Assembly (NCBI GenBank): GCA_023249255.1
Contig: JAHFCY010000002.1
Span: forward strand, 3,845-41,935
Length of the DNA stretch: 38,091 bases
Direction: 5' to 3'
Source: Candidatus Lindowiibacteriota bacterium
Lineage (GTDB): Bacteria; Lindowbacteria; 2-12-FULL-62-27
The notes beneath the pieces were generated by a model that made no database searches, was not told the origin of the DNA, and saw only the letters and a list, made by a program, of their open reading frames with translations. Numbering within the stretch: the stretch's first letter is position 1; each line of letters opens with the position of its first letter. The translations under genes were made by a program, and so were the position numbers. Shown here in pieces: positions 1 through 14,500 of the stretch.

Positions 1-3000
1 TTTGTCGAGTCCGTCTCCGTTGATCCTTGGCGGATCGGCTAAAAGATCAATACGATCCGCCTCCCCCGGCAGTACAACGATCTGAACGGCGGTATCCAGA
101 AGTACCCGGCTTCCCTCTATATCCTCAATCTTTATTGTCGCCGTTCCGGATGTCGCGTCGGGATAAAATTCCGCAACGGCCGGCCTGTTTGTATCAGTGA
201 CGTTGTTGGTTGCCGACAAAAAACACGATGTCAGAACCGGCGAGTTGTCGAGCGCGTTTCGAAAATCGCATGAAAACTGGATGAAATCATTCGGTATGAC
301 GTGGCCCAGCGCGTCCCGCACTGACACTTCAATGATCGATTTGTCCGCCACGTCCACTGCCTTGAGTTCCCGTTTGCTCACCGCGATGTCGAACGTCGCC
401 GGGTCGCCTTCGATGATCGTGAGAACAAGGCTGTCCACAAGCGGCGTATCGGCTTCGATGTCCATGGCCGTCAACAGGAATTGACCCAGATCAGGTCCCG
501 TGAAATATGTGAACGCCGTGCTGCCCGTCGGGCTTCGCGTCGTCTTCCGCCTAACGTCCACCCGCCCCCCGTCACCACCGGCAATCGGCGTGATGTCTAT
601 TTGAATCAGTTCACGCGGCACGCCGTTGCCGTTCTTGTCGAACGCCGTGACCGCGAATGCCATCGAATCCTTCCCGTCCGATTTCAGCGCCGTACGGGGT
701 ACGAAGATTTGTATCCTCTGCGCCCGGTCGACCAGCCGCACCGTCACGCTGTCGCTCGGTTTCGGCGCGGCGCCTTTGGGCGAAAACTCCACGATTTCGT
801 CGCCCGGTGTAAGACTCGCCTTGTAGTCGACTTGGACTTCACCGCCGGCGTCGCTCACGTCCTCCGACGGGGAAAATTCCCCGGAGCCTTTAAGCTGAGC
901 CACGGTCACCGGAAATCCCGGCACGGGATTGCCGTCCACCGCGCTTCGGAGTTCGGCCGTCAGAAGCGTCGTGTCTTTCCTGTTCGCCCGCATCACGATG
1001 GGATCTTCCGACGTCACCATGATCTCCACCGGCCTTAATACAATCACCGCCGTTTCCACTAGGTCCGTTTCCGGTGAGGCGTCGACGAACTGCACGATCA
1101 CTGTCTCCGTACGGGTCCCGCTCACGTAAAGTGATTGGGCCTTCCCCAAGAAATTCGTGACGGCGCTCGCTTGACCGATCTGTCCCGGCCCCTGGAGAAT
1201 GGAAAAAAATATCGTATCGCCGGGTACCGGATGGTCGAAAGCGTCCAGCGCCTCTGCGTCCAGCAGAACCTCCGACCCCCCGTCCGCCACCACTTCCGAG
1301 GGGATTGCCGACACGTTCAGTTTGGACGCCACGTCGTTCGTCAAAACAAGATCGACCGCCCGGCTGATTGCCGGCTGGGATCCCGCCACCGTCACCCGCA
1401 CGGTCGCCACGCCCAGCGCCGAATCGCTCGCGAAAACAAATCTCGCCGATTCCTCGGCCGCAAGCGCCGCTCGCGTGTCAACACGCACCAACCCGGGACC
1501 GCTCACGACCTCCGCGGCAAGCGCCACGGCCTTCATCGTTCGGCCGAATTCGTCGCTCACCCGCACAGAAATGGATGCCGTGTCCTTCTTGTTCGCCTTC
1601 ACGAAAATCTTGTCCGCCGAAACCTCGATCTGGCGCGGCGGACCGGCGATAAGTTCGATGGAAACAGTGTCGCGGAACGTCCCGGCGCCCGCGTCCACGG
1701 CGGAGATCACAGCGCGGCCCACGTCCGTGCCGGCTCTGTAAAACCCCGTCGCAACGCCTTTCGTGTCCGTCAGCGTCTCTATCCCTCGCGCCTCCCCGCT
1801 ACCGGAGGTCACAGAAAACAAAACCGTGCGGTTCGGAGCGCCCGCCGGATTTCCGAACGTGTCGAGAAAATTTACCGTCAGAAATGCAACGGATCGCCCG
1901 TCCGCGTACAACGCGGGGGTGTCAGATCGGAGTTGCAACCTCGCCGGCGGGCCTGCAACCTGGTCGATGTCCAAAAAGTCGTCGATGGCTGTGTCCTCTG
2001 AAGAAAAGGCCGTCACGGTCGATACACCTATCGTGTCTGATGCGGTATAAATGTTCCTCGCAAAACCTTCCGACAGTATCGCACTCACGCTGCTGTCCAG
2101 ACGGCCCGATGCTCCAACGATGGACGAAAGCGTAAATGAAACGGAGCCGCTGAAAATGATGTTTCCAACCGCATCTTCCACTTGCGCAAAAAGATTTGTC
2201 GTATCTTTGGATCTGGCAACCAATACGGTCGTGTCCGCCGACAATTTCATATGGTCAGGCGGACCCGGCAAAACCACCAGCACGGCTGTTTCGAACGTCT
2301 GGCCCGTCGTGTCCGCCAAATTGTCTACTCGAATGACCACCTTCCCCGCTATGAGGTCTCCGACGTAGAAAGCCTGCACTTGTCCGGATAGATCTGTAAC
2401 CGTATCGGTCGTTACGATTTCCCCGCTTCCGCGCTCGACGACGATGGACAACGTGTCCCCCGGTCGGACGATGCCGAACGTGTCCAGAGATGTGACCGTA
2501 ATTTTGACGAGACTGTTTGCAGCAACTGGATTTGAGTCGAATGAAATGACGAGGTTTTCCGGCTCGTCCGGCGTGTAGGGGATGATCCCTTCGGCGGCAA
2601 GTCCCACAGCCCGCGGGAAAGCCGATGTGTCGATCCTTGCGCGTACCCGAACGAATTGCTCAGGCCCCCGGCCCGCCGTCAGTTCAAACTCCGCATGGCC
2701 CACCGTGTCGGTTACGGCATTGATCACGCGGAACGATCCTTGCCCGTTCACAATCTCAAATTGAACCTGCTCTCCGGGGATCGGCGTGTTCGGCACTCCC
2801 CATTTGTTTTGTTCCAGCACCACCACGCTCACGATTCTTGTGTCCGTGCCGTTCATACGGAAAACGGGAGGAGAGTTATCCTGGCATATTTGTAGGTCGT
2901 CCGGTCCAAAAAATCGGACGAATACTCCGTCGCCTTCTCCACCCAATCCAAGATTTTGATACGCGCTCCACTCGAATGAAATCCGAAGCGGTTCCGTCCT

Positions 3001-6000
3001 TGTCAGTCTCGCCTCGGCCACCCCCGCGGCGTCCGTAACCGTACTCGGGGGCGACCCGGCGATAAAGATTTCATTGAAATCCAGGATGCTGGTCGTCTGA
3101 AAGTTGCAGTTCCCGTCGAAGCTGGCCACAAAGGGATCCGGCCGGGAAGTCGGCACAAACGTAGACAAGGCAAAGAAAACCGGTACGTCCGCGATCGGAG
3201 ACCCGTCCGTCGTTCTGCGGTATCGGACGCGGATGACCGTGCTGTCTACGCCGTCCGCCCTCACGGGATCCTTCGTTTTGCTCACAAATTCCGTGAAATA
3301 ATCGACGATGGTGATGCTGGCAAATTGCGGTGGGGTTCCCTGCACATCGCTCCGAACCGTAACCACGCCAGTGTCGCTCCCCGAGGTGTAGACCGTTACC
3401 CCTTCAAATCCGTGAAGCCTGGCGAAAAACTCCGAAAACGCCGCCACACCCGTAAAAACGTTCTTATCTCTGAGGCTCCCGGAATCCGGCGGCCCCGTGT
3501 CAATCGCGACCATCCCCGTTATTTCGGGCAGATCGTTGCCGTAAACGTCATATACCTGAAGCGTCAGCGACGACTGACGGGCGTCGCCCGGCACGGTCAC
3601 GCCAGGGCCGCCGGCGGCGGGAAGGTTGTTACGATGGAAGAAGGGAAAATTTCGGACGGGCGGCCCGCCCCGAATGTTGATGACTTTCGTGTCTCCGGGT
3701 CCCGCTTCCGCCACGATTTGAAGCGGCCTGTTGAACTGGCCCGATGTCATGGGTACGCGCACGCGTCCCTCTGTATCGCTCACAAAAACTGTTTTTCTTC
3801 CGCTGTTGAGCGGCCTGCTGTCTATGATCGCCGCCAGAATGCTGCCGACCGGTTGGTTGAAATTATAATTGGATCTGGCCGTCGTGTTCGCGTATTTCAC
3901 TCTTACGGTCACCGGCTCGTTGGGGACTCCACGGCCTGCACGGTCCAAAACCTGTATGTCCAGAGGCGTGGTTTCGTCGCCGGACCCTACGCCGCTGACG
4001 GACAAATCCCTGTCGGCGATGGTTAGAATGACATGATCCACCCTGCCGGCCGGCAGTTCGATTTCAATCGTGTCGCAGATCGTATCGGCGCAAGCCTGAA
4101 CGACCGCCTTGTCCAACGATTTGTCGGCGCCGGACGAAGAATACAAAGTCGTTGCAATACCGGCGAAATCGGATGACGCCTTTTTGGGAAACACGGCGCC
4201 GCCCCCGGGTGTTGACACGGCAAAGTTGACAGGTTTATTTAGCACGTCGTTGCCGAAACGGTCTGTCACCTCCGCTTCCAAATACGCCAGAGTGATTGCG
4301 TTTTTTAAGTCAATCGTCTGTGTCCTGATCCTCAGGTCAACCATCGCCGCCGGCCCCGCCGTCACCCTCACCCGCGCCTTTTTCGTCTGATCGGTGTCCA
4401 AAAGCCCCGGCAACGTCGCATCAAACGTCACCGGCCCCGCCAGTGTGCCGGCAAAATAGCCGGTGCGAGCCACGCCGGCGACGTTCGTAAAGATAGTGAT
4501 CGTCGTCTCGCCGTTTTCAAACGATCCGAACGGCCGGCCCGGCCGCGTGTCGCCGGAGGCTTCCATGATCCGGATCGCCACCGCCTGACCCGCAAACGGT
4601 CCCAGCGCGTCCGACACCTTCACCGTCAGCGTCGCCGATTCCGCCTGGCCCGCCGTCATCACATTCGTGTCGGCCACCACGTCGAAATCGAACGTCGCGT
4701 CCAGGGGCAGTTTCACCCGGATTTCGAGGTCCGAAAACACGGCCGCCTTGTTCACCGACTGGGCGCGGACAATGGCGGACGTGTCACGTCCTTCGATTGA
4801 GAGCAGGGCGCCCGCCTCCCCGAACTCGTTCGTCCCCGCCGCCGTGGTCTTTTGCAAATTGTCAAACACGGCCGGACCTGCGGCGACGGTGAAATTGATC
4901 GTATCGATGACACCCACCTTGTTCCCGAACGTGTCCGCTTCTTCCGCCAGAATGCGCGTCAGCGACCTTAGGCCGTTGCCGCGCACGGGCGTGTCGTGGC
5001 TCAAAAGAATCCGTTCAACCGGACCCGGCAATATTTTGAGCTTCGCAATCCCGCGCACCTGCGAAAACCCCAGCCCGTCGAACACCCGGATTTCGACGTC
5101 GCCGGCGACTGTGTCCGCTTTGAACACCGTCCGCACGACGCCCGACAGGTCCGTCGTCGCCGGCGCCGTGATCGTCCCTGTCCCCTCCTTGATTTCAAAC
5201 CGCATCGGCCGGTTGATGATCGGAAGGCCCTGTCGGTCGTACACCCGCGCCTCGATCAGCGAGGTGTCCCGCGCGCTCAAGAGTTGGATCGTATCCGGAA
5301 CCGCGCGCGCGTCGATGCTGTCCGGCGGAGACTGTACCACCGTCACGATCAGCGTGTCCGACAGCGCCGGATTCGCCACGACCACGCCTGAAATCGCAAC
5401 TGTCCCCGAAATAATCGACGGAAAATAGAACGTCCTGGCCTCGCCGTTCAGATCCGACGGGCCGGCTTCCTCGGAGGTGAAACTTCCGGACGACGCGCTG
5501 AATCTGACCATCCGGCCCGGCACCAGATTGCCGAAGAGGTCCCGGAGCCGACCGCCCACCATCAGCTTGTCCTGGCCGTCCGACACCACAACTCCCGTGT
5601 CCGAAAATACTTCGATGCTCGCCGGATTGCCCGACACCAGACGGATCGGAAATTCCGCGTTTGTCGGCGGCGAATCCGACGTCACCGTCACACGGATCGT
5701 GGCTATACCCGCGCGCGTGTCGGCCTTGTACAGAATTTGGGCCGCCCCGGCGCTGTCGGCCGATAACGCCGGCGTCGTCACCGACCCGGGGCCTGACACG
5801 CTCATGAGGATGGCGGACAGAGGCTTTGGAATCGGAGTCGGCGATGTCTTGTCTGTGATCCTGATCGCCAGGTCCGACGTGTCCCCCTTGTCCAGAATCA
5901 CCGGCTCCGGAGACGCCGTGAAATGAATCAGCGTCTCCTTGCCGTAAACGAAAAGCTCCGCCGTGTCCGAAAACGTGTCGGCCGGGTCCGTCACGTCGGT

Positions 6001-8500
6001 CGCGCGGATTACGACGATCGCCGCACTGTCGCCCGCAAGGTACGTCGCACGTACGCGGCCGTCCTCGAACGATGTTGCCGGCTCCGTGAACACGATGGAT
6101 CCGAACGACCCGTCCTGGTTCAACACATCAAATACCACCCTCTCGCTGCCTACCGCGTTGCCGAACGTGTCCGTCACCCGCGCCGTGATCGCCGACGTGC
6201 CGACCCCGTCCGCCACAAGTCCCAGCGGCGCGCGGCCGACGATCTTGATGATTTCCGGTTTCGCCGGCACGACAAGCACGGTCAGCGTGTCGGTCAGCGC
6301 GGGAAACGGAGATATCTTTTCCACGATGATCCGCACCGTGTCGGCTTTCGTCCCAACCTCGTACGACGCCGTAAAACGCCCCTCGGCGTCAGTCAGCGGC
6401 GCGCCCAAAACGCGGGCCCGCCCAAGCTGTGGACCCACGCCGCTGCGCGCTCCCGTCACGCGCAAACTCACCACTTCGCTATCGGCGAAATTTCCGAACG
6501 TGTCGAATATCTGCACCTCAATGAATCCCGCCTCCCCGCCCCCCGCCGTCATGAGGGTGCTGTCGATCGTCGCCGTCATCCGAACGCCCGGCCCCGGCTC
6601 CTTCAAAAATCCGATCGTATCGTTTACCCGCTCGAATTTCTGCACCTGTGCGAATACCGTCACGTTCCCGGCTACCGTGTCCGCCCGGAAAAACACGGTG
6701 GCCCGGCCGGAAACGTCCGTGTGGCCGAATGTGTCCGCAGGCGTCGCCCGCCCTGACGTCACACGAAACTGCACCGTCTCCCCCGGTACCGGCGTTGCCA
6801 GCCGGTCGTAGACTGTCGCCGTCACTGCCGCCAGGCTGTCCCCGTTCGCCACGATCACCGACGGCTTGACCTTCAAAACGATCGTGTCCGGATTGCCCGC
6901 CAAAAAGACCGTCCGCTGGAACGTCAGGTCGGTGTCTCCCGCACGCGTCACCCGGCCTTCGATGGGTACCGTGCCCGGTTCCGTCCCCGCATGAAATGCC
7001 AACGCCGTCCGCCCCATCTCGTCCGTCACGCCGATGGTGTCCGTGAAATTTCCGCCGGAAATGAATCCGCTGTCGTTCAATACGTCAAACGCGATCGGCG
7101 TGAACGGAATGGGATTCAAAAACGCGTCGTTAAGCGTCGCCGCGAGCGCCGAAGTATCCCGCCCGTTCGCCTTGATCGTTCGGGGCGTTGCGTTGATCAC
7201 CAGCTTTGACGGCGGCCCGGGAAACACGAAATAGGCCACAGTCTCCGCTACGTTCGTGCCGAAAACTTGCGCGCGAAAGAGGCCCGAGCCGGACTTGGTC
7301 TGCCCTCCCACCACGAACTTCGCTTCTCCCGCACCGTTCGATGTGGCCGTCACACCCGGCGAAAAATTGAGGCCCGCCCCGGTCTCCGTCGTCACAAACA
7401 TGTTCGCGCCCGGCACCGGATTGTTCTTTGAATCCAACAACCTCACCGTCACCGTTGCCGTGTCACGGTTGCCCACCGCCAAAAGCGTGTCCGGATCGAA
7501 GCTCACCAACACCTTCGCCACCGCGCCTGGGATGAATGTCAACACCTTCGTCCCCGTGATATTTCCGTCTTCCGGCGCGCGCGCGATGATCGTCGCAAAT
7601 CCGACGCTGTCGGCGCGGATGGTGGTCGCCGCCTTTCCTAGAAAATCTGTTATGAGAATTGTATCCGCAAGAGTGCCAATATTGGGAATGACCGATACTT
7701 CAATCTTGGTGTTTGGAACGGGTGTTCTGCTTGAATTCGTAGCAATTATTCTGATTGTACCCCGGCTGCCGTCCGCCTTCATCACACTGTCTTGGGGTTT
7801 GAGTGGATTGATGGGGCTGTCTGGTCTGAAATCTACAAAAAGACGGCTCGCCACCCCCACCCGCTTGATGCTCTTCGCCGTAGACACGCTTGTCTTGTTG
7901 ACCACCTCTGCGGAAAGCTGCGCCGTCCCTTCCTCAAACGTCTGCACGAAATAGACCGATCGCGCCGTCCCGCCCGTGTCGGTCACGAGTTGAGGCGGAG
8001 GAGGCGCAACCGCGCCCAAGATTTTCCCAAACCCGTTCGGCACGACCTTGAGGTCGATCACCACGTCCGGCACGGGATTGCCCAAGTCGTCGAACGCCCG
8101 CACTAAAATCCGCGTCGTGTCCGAGCCGTTTGCCTTTATCGGCGGCGGGTCGCCCGCAAGGTCCGGAAACGAAATCTCGATCCGCGCAATTTCCCCTTGC
8201 TTTCTCGTCACCGTCACCGTCTCCGCCGCCTGCCGCGGTATCGTCGTTGACATGACGTGCATCCCGATCTCGGACGTGCCTGCCACGGTAGCGCCTTGGA
8301 ACGTAACGGTATGGAATGTCGGCGCAAGGGACGGGCTTGTGACCGTGATCTCTCCTTCTCCAATCCCGCTCGGCGACAGTTTGGCGTCCAGCGTTTCGCC
8401 TTCAAGAGCATTCCCGCGCGCGTCCACGATCTCCGCGAAAAACTGTATGTTGTCCCCCGGCACGTTCGTCCGAACTTCGTAGGGCGGACTTGGGCTTACG
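1..8500 (-). repeat. Long array (roughly 25-30 units, not counted exactly) of bacterial Ig-like domains of the invasin/intimin (Big_1-like) type within the giant protein
   Basis: A recurring ~90-100-aa unit, for example IKANGSDTTRILVRAFDDLGNPVPDVVIDLKV, IKANGRDTSALAATLNDAFLNPIPFTPIAFDV, VIVANGDSLAAVTATVYDRLATPVPGETVQFRV and MRANRKDTTLLTAELRSAVDGNPVPGFPVTV. Each unit is followed by a TD..G.A...Y.AG...G segment. Confidence 0.6.
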
Positions 8501-11500
8501 ACCCGAATTCCGGAAGGCTTGGACAAAAATACGCGTACTCCCGCCATCGACGAATCCCCGGTTTTGTCGAACGCCGTCACCACGATGTCGTAATCCGCGC
8601 TCGAAAACCCCGCCGTTCCCCAGAGGCCGATCAGGCCGGAAATCACCGTGTCAAACCCCATGTCAGTCGTCGTGACGTCGCTCGGAGCGGCAGTCGGGCT
8701 GACCTGCACGAAATGCGTGTCCACGGACGGACCCGTGATCGAGCCGGTCACGTCCGTTATGTGCGGCCCGCCGGCCGTATCTGATATGAGCTGGTTGAAC
8801 GTCGGCGACGTGATGACGATCAACGGCAACGTGGACTTGACTCGAATCCGTCCCGTGTCCGAATACGGGCCGTCGAATGTTCCGTCGTTAGCGCGGACGC
8901 GCCAAAAATATATGCTGTCCGACAGAGCCGAAACCGCCGGCAATTCAAACCGCGTGCTTACGGGTTGCTGTGGAATTCCCGCGAACACGCGCGGCACGGT
9001 GAAATTCGGGTCCGTGTCGATCTCCAGTCGGTAGGTCAGAGTGTCTTTCTTGTTCTCGTCCGTCGCGTTCGTCCAACTGAACGCGGGCGTCGAGTCGGCC
9101 GTCGGCGAGGCGGCGTATGGGTTCCGGGGAGCCGATGGCGGTCGCGGGTTGTCCACCCCTACCCGCACAACGTCGCTTGCCGTGTTCCCGCTCGTGTCGC
9201 GCACGATCAACTCGATCCGGTACGTCCCGTTCTTCTCCAGCGCGCCGACGTCGAAACTTCCCAAGAGGCCGTCCACCACCGCCGTTGTCGGTGTCGCCGT
9301 GAATAACCCCACCGCCGAATCCGGCGGGCCTTCGAAAAAAGCGCGAAGTTCGTACGAAAGGAAAAACGAATCGGTGGCCGTTCCTCTGACCTCGATCACC
9401 GTGTCCGAAAAATCGGGTTCCGCTCCTGTTGGTTGGGTGATGTCGGCGATCGGCGTAACGTCGTCGGCAACCGTAAACTGCCGCGACGCCGTGTCGACGT
9501 TTCCCGCCACGTCCGCCGCGCTTGCCCGAAACTCGAACGCTCCAAGTCCCAGCTCCTCCATGACGAGGATTTGGCCGTTGGCAAGCGGCGTGTCTCCGAA
9601 CGGATCGGCCAGAACGATTCGCAAGCTCGCAGGGTCGACTCCGGACAGGTTGTCCGTTGTCTGAACGTCGATCGTGGTGGTTTCGCGAATGGAATAAGTT
9701 CGGGGAAGCGGCTCAAGGACCGAAATGCGCGGCGGGGTGACGTCGGTGACGACGTATATGACCGTATTGGAAGGCGGCGAGCGGTTCCCCACCGCGTCCA
9801 GCGCTTCGGCCGAGATCACGTGCGTATCGAAACCCAGGGCTGATCCCTGCGGGACCTCGACCTGGAAATAGCCGCTCGACCGGTCCGCAAACGTGGACGC
9901 CAAAAATGTTCCGCCGTCGAATATCTCAACCCGCGTGCCCGGCTCCGCCGATCCCGCCACGAGCGGCGTTGTGTCCTCCGACCGCGTTCCATCCGAAGGC
10001 GTCGTAATCACGGGGGCCGCCGGGGCCGTGCCGTCGATTGTGTCCTGCGCCCCGGCCGAAAATTCCGAATGATTTCCGACGGCGTCCGTCGCGCGCGCAG
10101 AAAACGTGATCGGCCCGTCAGGCAACGAAACCGGCGAGACCAAAGTGAATTTCCCCGTTGGATCGGCCACCGCCTCTCCAAGAAGAAATGGAATGGCGGC
10201 TTTGCTCTCAAACTGCACGGGAACGCCGTTCAGCACGATCGGAAATCCCTTGTCGTCCGCCAGCCGGAACTGCCAGTCCCCTCCTGCCGCCGCAGAGCCT
10301 GCACCGGCGAACAAAAATCCGTTTCCTTCCGAAAAAATGGTGTCCGGACTTAGAAACGGCGCGCTCGTCGGCGTGAGGCCGATCCCTTTCAGCACGAACG
10401 AAAACCAGTATGTTTTCCCAGCCTCGAATATGACGCCGGACAACGGAAAACTTGCGGGATTCAGAATCGCCCCGATTTGGTCGGTCAGGGTCGGACTAAC
10501 AAAGATGCGCCGAAGATTGGCGATGGTCTCCCCCTCGTAAATCTCAAGCCCGTATTGCGCGTTCAGCGTCATTCCGGTCGCCGACGCCCGCATTTGAACG
10601 CTCGACGCGTTCTTCACCGTTTCCGTAAACCGCACCCGCTGAACGAAACTGTCTCCCCGGCCGATCATGAATCCGTCTCGGCCCGCGCCGAACGGGGCGT
10701 TGTCCAGTTTCCGCAAATCCACGAATATCGCGACGGTCGATCCCGCTTCCGCCGTTCCGACGATGACCGGCCTCGGAACCGTGTCCACGTTCAGCGGTGA
10801 TGTGATCACCGGCGGACCCGGAGCCGTCGCGTCAACGTTCCACGTCACCGTGTCCGAACTCAGCGTCGGTTCGCCGCTCGCCAAAAATCCGCGCGCCGTA
10901 ACGTCGCGCCGGCCGGACGCCAGACCGGGGAACAACAAAAATTTCGCCCGCATCGTCGCCGTGTCCACCCGCGCCGCAAACAAAACTGCGCCGCCCTCCA
11001 TAAGCTGAACCGTATCTATTCCCGCCGCCGCAATCTCCACAACTGGATTCCCCGAAACAAGCGCCCCCGAATCCGGCGATAATATCGTCGGCCTCACGAC
11101 GGACACGGCCGCCTGCGGCAGCGCCGCAATCGTCTCCGTGAAAAACGATTCGTTCGGAAACGCCGCGCCGTCGAACGCCGTCAGCCGGTAATAGAGTCTC
11201 ACTCCGGCCGCAACCGGCGTGTCGACGTACTCCGTATCCGCCGCCGTTACTTCCGCGATGAACGATCTGGCTTTCCAATCCTGTTGCGCGGGATCCGTGT
11301 CCCTGTAAATTCTGAATCCAGCCAACCCCGTCAATGCTCCGCCCTCTTCGTCCAAAGTCGGCTTCTGCCACGTCAACCTCAGCTGCCCGCCCACGCTCGT
11401 GTCGGCCGCCACGGCTGACGGCGCCGCCGGCGCCGTTGTGTCCACGTCGGTACGTGTATCGACTTCTCCGAGTCGATACGGCAAAAACGCCGAAACAGGA

Positions 11501-14500
11501 TCATTGAATTTGGTGGCGATCTCTCCCTCGTTTGTCGTTCCCCACCAGTTGCGGGTCAGCGTTTGGCTGTCTCCCGACTCGTTGAATGCGTTGTTAACCC
11601 GGTTCCCGAATATGTTGTTCTTGGTGATGGCATTCCCGCTCGATGCCCCAAAAATCCAAATCCCAGTGTCGTTCTCAGAGATGTCGTTTTGCTTTAGTGT
11701 GTTGAAACTCGCGATGCCGATAGATGCGCCAGCGCCGTTTGCCCGAAGAACATTGTTCGTCACTATGTTGTTATTCGACCCTCCAGCCAGATCGATCCCT
11801 GCCTGACCGTTGCCGATAGCGGCGATTCCCGTCATCTCCGATGCGCTCACTCCCTCCAACCGGATGCCTTGGTTCGAGCCCATCACCGCCAAGTCCTTGA
11901 CCGTAAGTTCTGTCCGGTTCGCCGCCAAAATTCCGTATAATCCCGTCGTCGTTTGCTCGCCCGGCGGATCGATCACCGTCACGCCCGCCCCCGCGCCCGT
12001 CACGCTGATCCGGTCCGTCTCGATCACCACCGTCTCAGCATATATTCCTGCGTCGATCGATATCGCCTCGCCGGACTTCACAGCCTCAAGCGCTCGGCGG
12101 ATTGTCCGAAACGGACGGCTCGGCGAGCCGACGTTTGTGTCGTTCCCCAACTCGCTCGTGAACCGGTCGCCCGTTGTCGACGTATCGTTCACGTACCAGA
12201 TCGGCCCAGCCCAAAAAACTCTGTTGTCGGGTACGGCCTCCTGTTTCACCACCACCCACGTGTCCGTGGTTGATGTTTGACTCGACGGGCCCGTTTGAAC
12301 GTATCCGTATCCTCTCATCTGTTTGACGGCATCGTCGAAATATTCCAGGAGAATCGTCGTGTCCGACAGTTCCACTCGCGCGCTTTGCACGCCCTCGCTC
12401 CCCATCGTCACTTTCACCCTCTCTAGACGGTTGATCACGCTGCCGCCTGTGTTCGCGCTCGCCAGGATAACGCTACCAGTATCCCGACGCAGGATGCTGA
12501 TGTTCCCCCCTCCTCCGTTCGACACTGACATTAGATAGCCCTGGCCTGGGAAGGTTCCAAAAACGTCCGTCGCAAACGTGTCCCAGGCGTAATGATATTG
12601 AAATAAATCCGTGATCCCAAAGCTCATCTGCAGGAAGGATATGTCGACTTCCATCGTGTCCCGGTCCGTCCACGTCACCGCCGGTGGGTTCGAATTGATG
12701 TCCCGCCCCGTCACATTCCCGATAAACGATCCTCTCGACCCACCAGATCCCTTGGCCCCCGTGGACAGTCTGAGCGCCCCGCCCACGATTTGCGCCGTGC
12801 AGATTGTGATGTTATCGGCGCATCCCATCTTGTATTGCACAGCATCCGGGAACGGATCCACGCGGGTGTCCCAAGTCTCCCGGTGCACGGCTGTGGTTTG
12901 GTAGATGACAGGCACAGGTATCTCCGGCGGCCTCGGCGGGCCCTTCTTCGTATAGACCACCCACGTATCGCCTCTCTGGCTAAGGATCACCCCCGGGCTA
13001 CCAAATGCCCCCGCAAAAAATTGTAAGCCCTTCTTCACTCCGAACGGCTTGTACGTGCCCTCGTAAAACGCATATTGCCGGCTGAACGGCATCCCCGTGT
13101 CGTATTCCGCCGTTATCTGGTGAAGCCCTTCCCCCGTTTGCTCGATCACCAGCCGACGCAGGAAAAACAACGGATTGAATCCGAGTGCCGTCGATGAAAG
13201 CAGAACGTTCACACCGCCGTCCACGCGCCAGAAATGAATCTCGTTTGACTGCGATACGAATTCCACCACGTACCCCGTCCGCGATCCCGACACTCTCTGC
13301 CCTGTACTCGAGAACACGGCCTCAAGCGCCGGCCAAGAACTTATCGTCCCAAACGGCCCGCCGGGGTGCTGCGGGCCGACCGGACCCAAGTTGTATCCCA
13401 TCCACATTCGCACCGCCAAAGTCGAGCCCCCGCCCAAAAATCCCATGTCGATCACGTACGTGTCCTCGCCGACAGGCATCAGCGGCACCGTGCATTCCAG
13501 CAGGCTCCCCGTCGCCCCGCTGTACGTCAGCAACACGCTCCCGTTATCCACGGACACCTGCCCGATCTTTTGAAACACGTCCGCGTTGTTGATCACCTCC
13601 GCCGTGTCGAATACCTCTCGAAAAACGAAGGTGGTCGTCTCCGTCTGCGGCACAGGAATGGCCGCCATTATCGTGTCCGAGAACCAGCTCTCGTTCTCCC
13701 GCCCGTTCGCGTTTGTATCGTATGAAGTCAGCCAATAATACAGCGTGTCTCCGGGATTCCCCGTGTCCATATAACTCGTCGCACCAGTCCCCAAATCCGC
13801 CAGGGCCGGATGCCTTGATGACGGGTCGCGGGCTATGCTCCTGTATATCCGATAGCCGACAAGATCGTTGAGCGGCCCGACCTCTTCGTCTGTTGTCGGG
13901 GTATCCCACGTAAGCCGCACTCCCGTGCCCTGCACAAGAACGCCAATGTTTCGCGGCGAAGCAGGGGCCGTCGTGTCCGCGCCGGAGGACGTGTCAACCT
14001 CTCCGATCCGATAAGGCACGAACGCCGATGCAGGGTCATTGAATTTGGCCGCGATTGAACTTCTGTCAGTCGTTCCCCACCAGTTGCGGATGAGACTCTG
14101 GACATTTGCACTCTGATTCAAAATGTTGTTGGTGCTGTTGAAAACAATATTGTTTTTTGCGATGACGTTCCCGCTCGAAGTTCCCGGAATCCAAATCCCC
14201 GTCCCGTTTGAGGCAATATCGTTTTGATGAATGTCGTTTGCGTTGGAGGATTCTACCCGGATTCCCGCCGAATTCGAATTGGCTGTGTTGCCCTCTACGA
14301 GATTGCCGTTCGAACCGGACGAAAGATGAATCCCTTGGACTGTATTCGAGTTTGCCATGCTTTGGTTGATGACATTGTTTTCGGACCCGGTTAGGTAAAT
14401 CCCGTTGTTCCCGAGAAAACTTGCGTCCACATTCGCGACGACCGACCAATCCACGTTCTCAAAATGAATGCCGTCATACGCGTCGATGACATTGAAATTT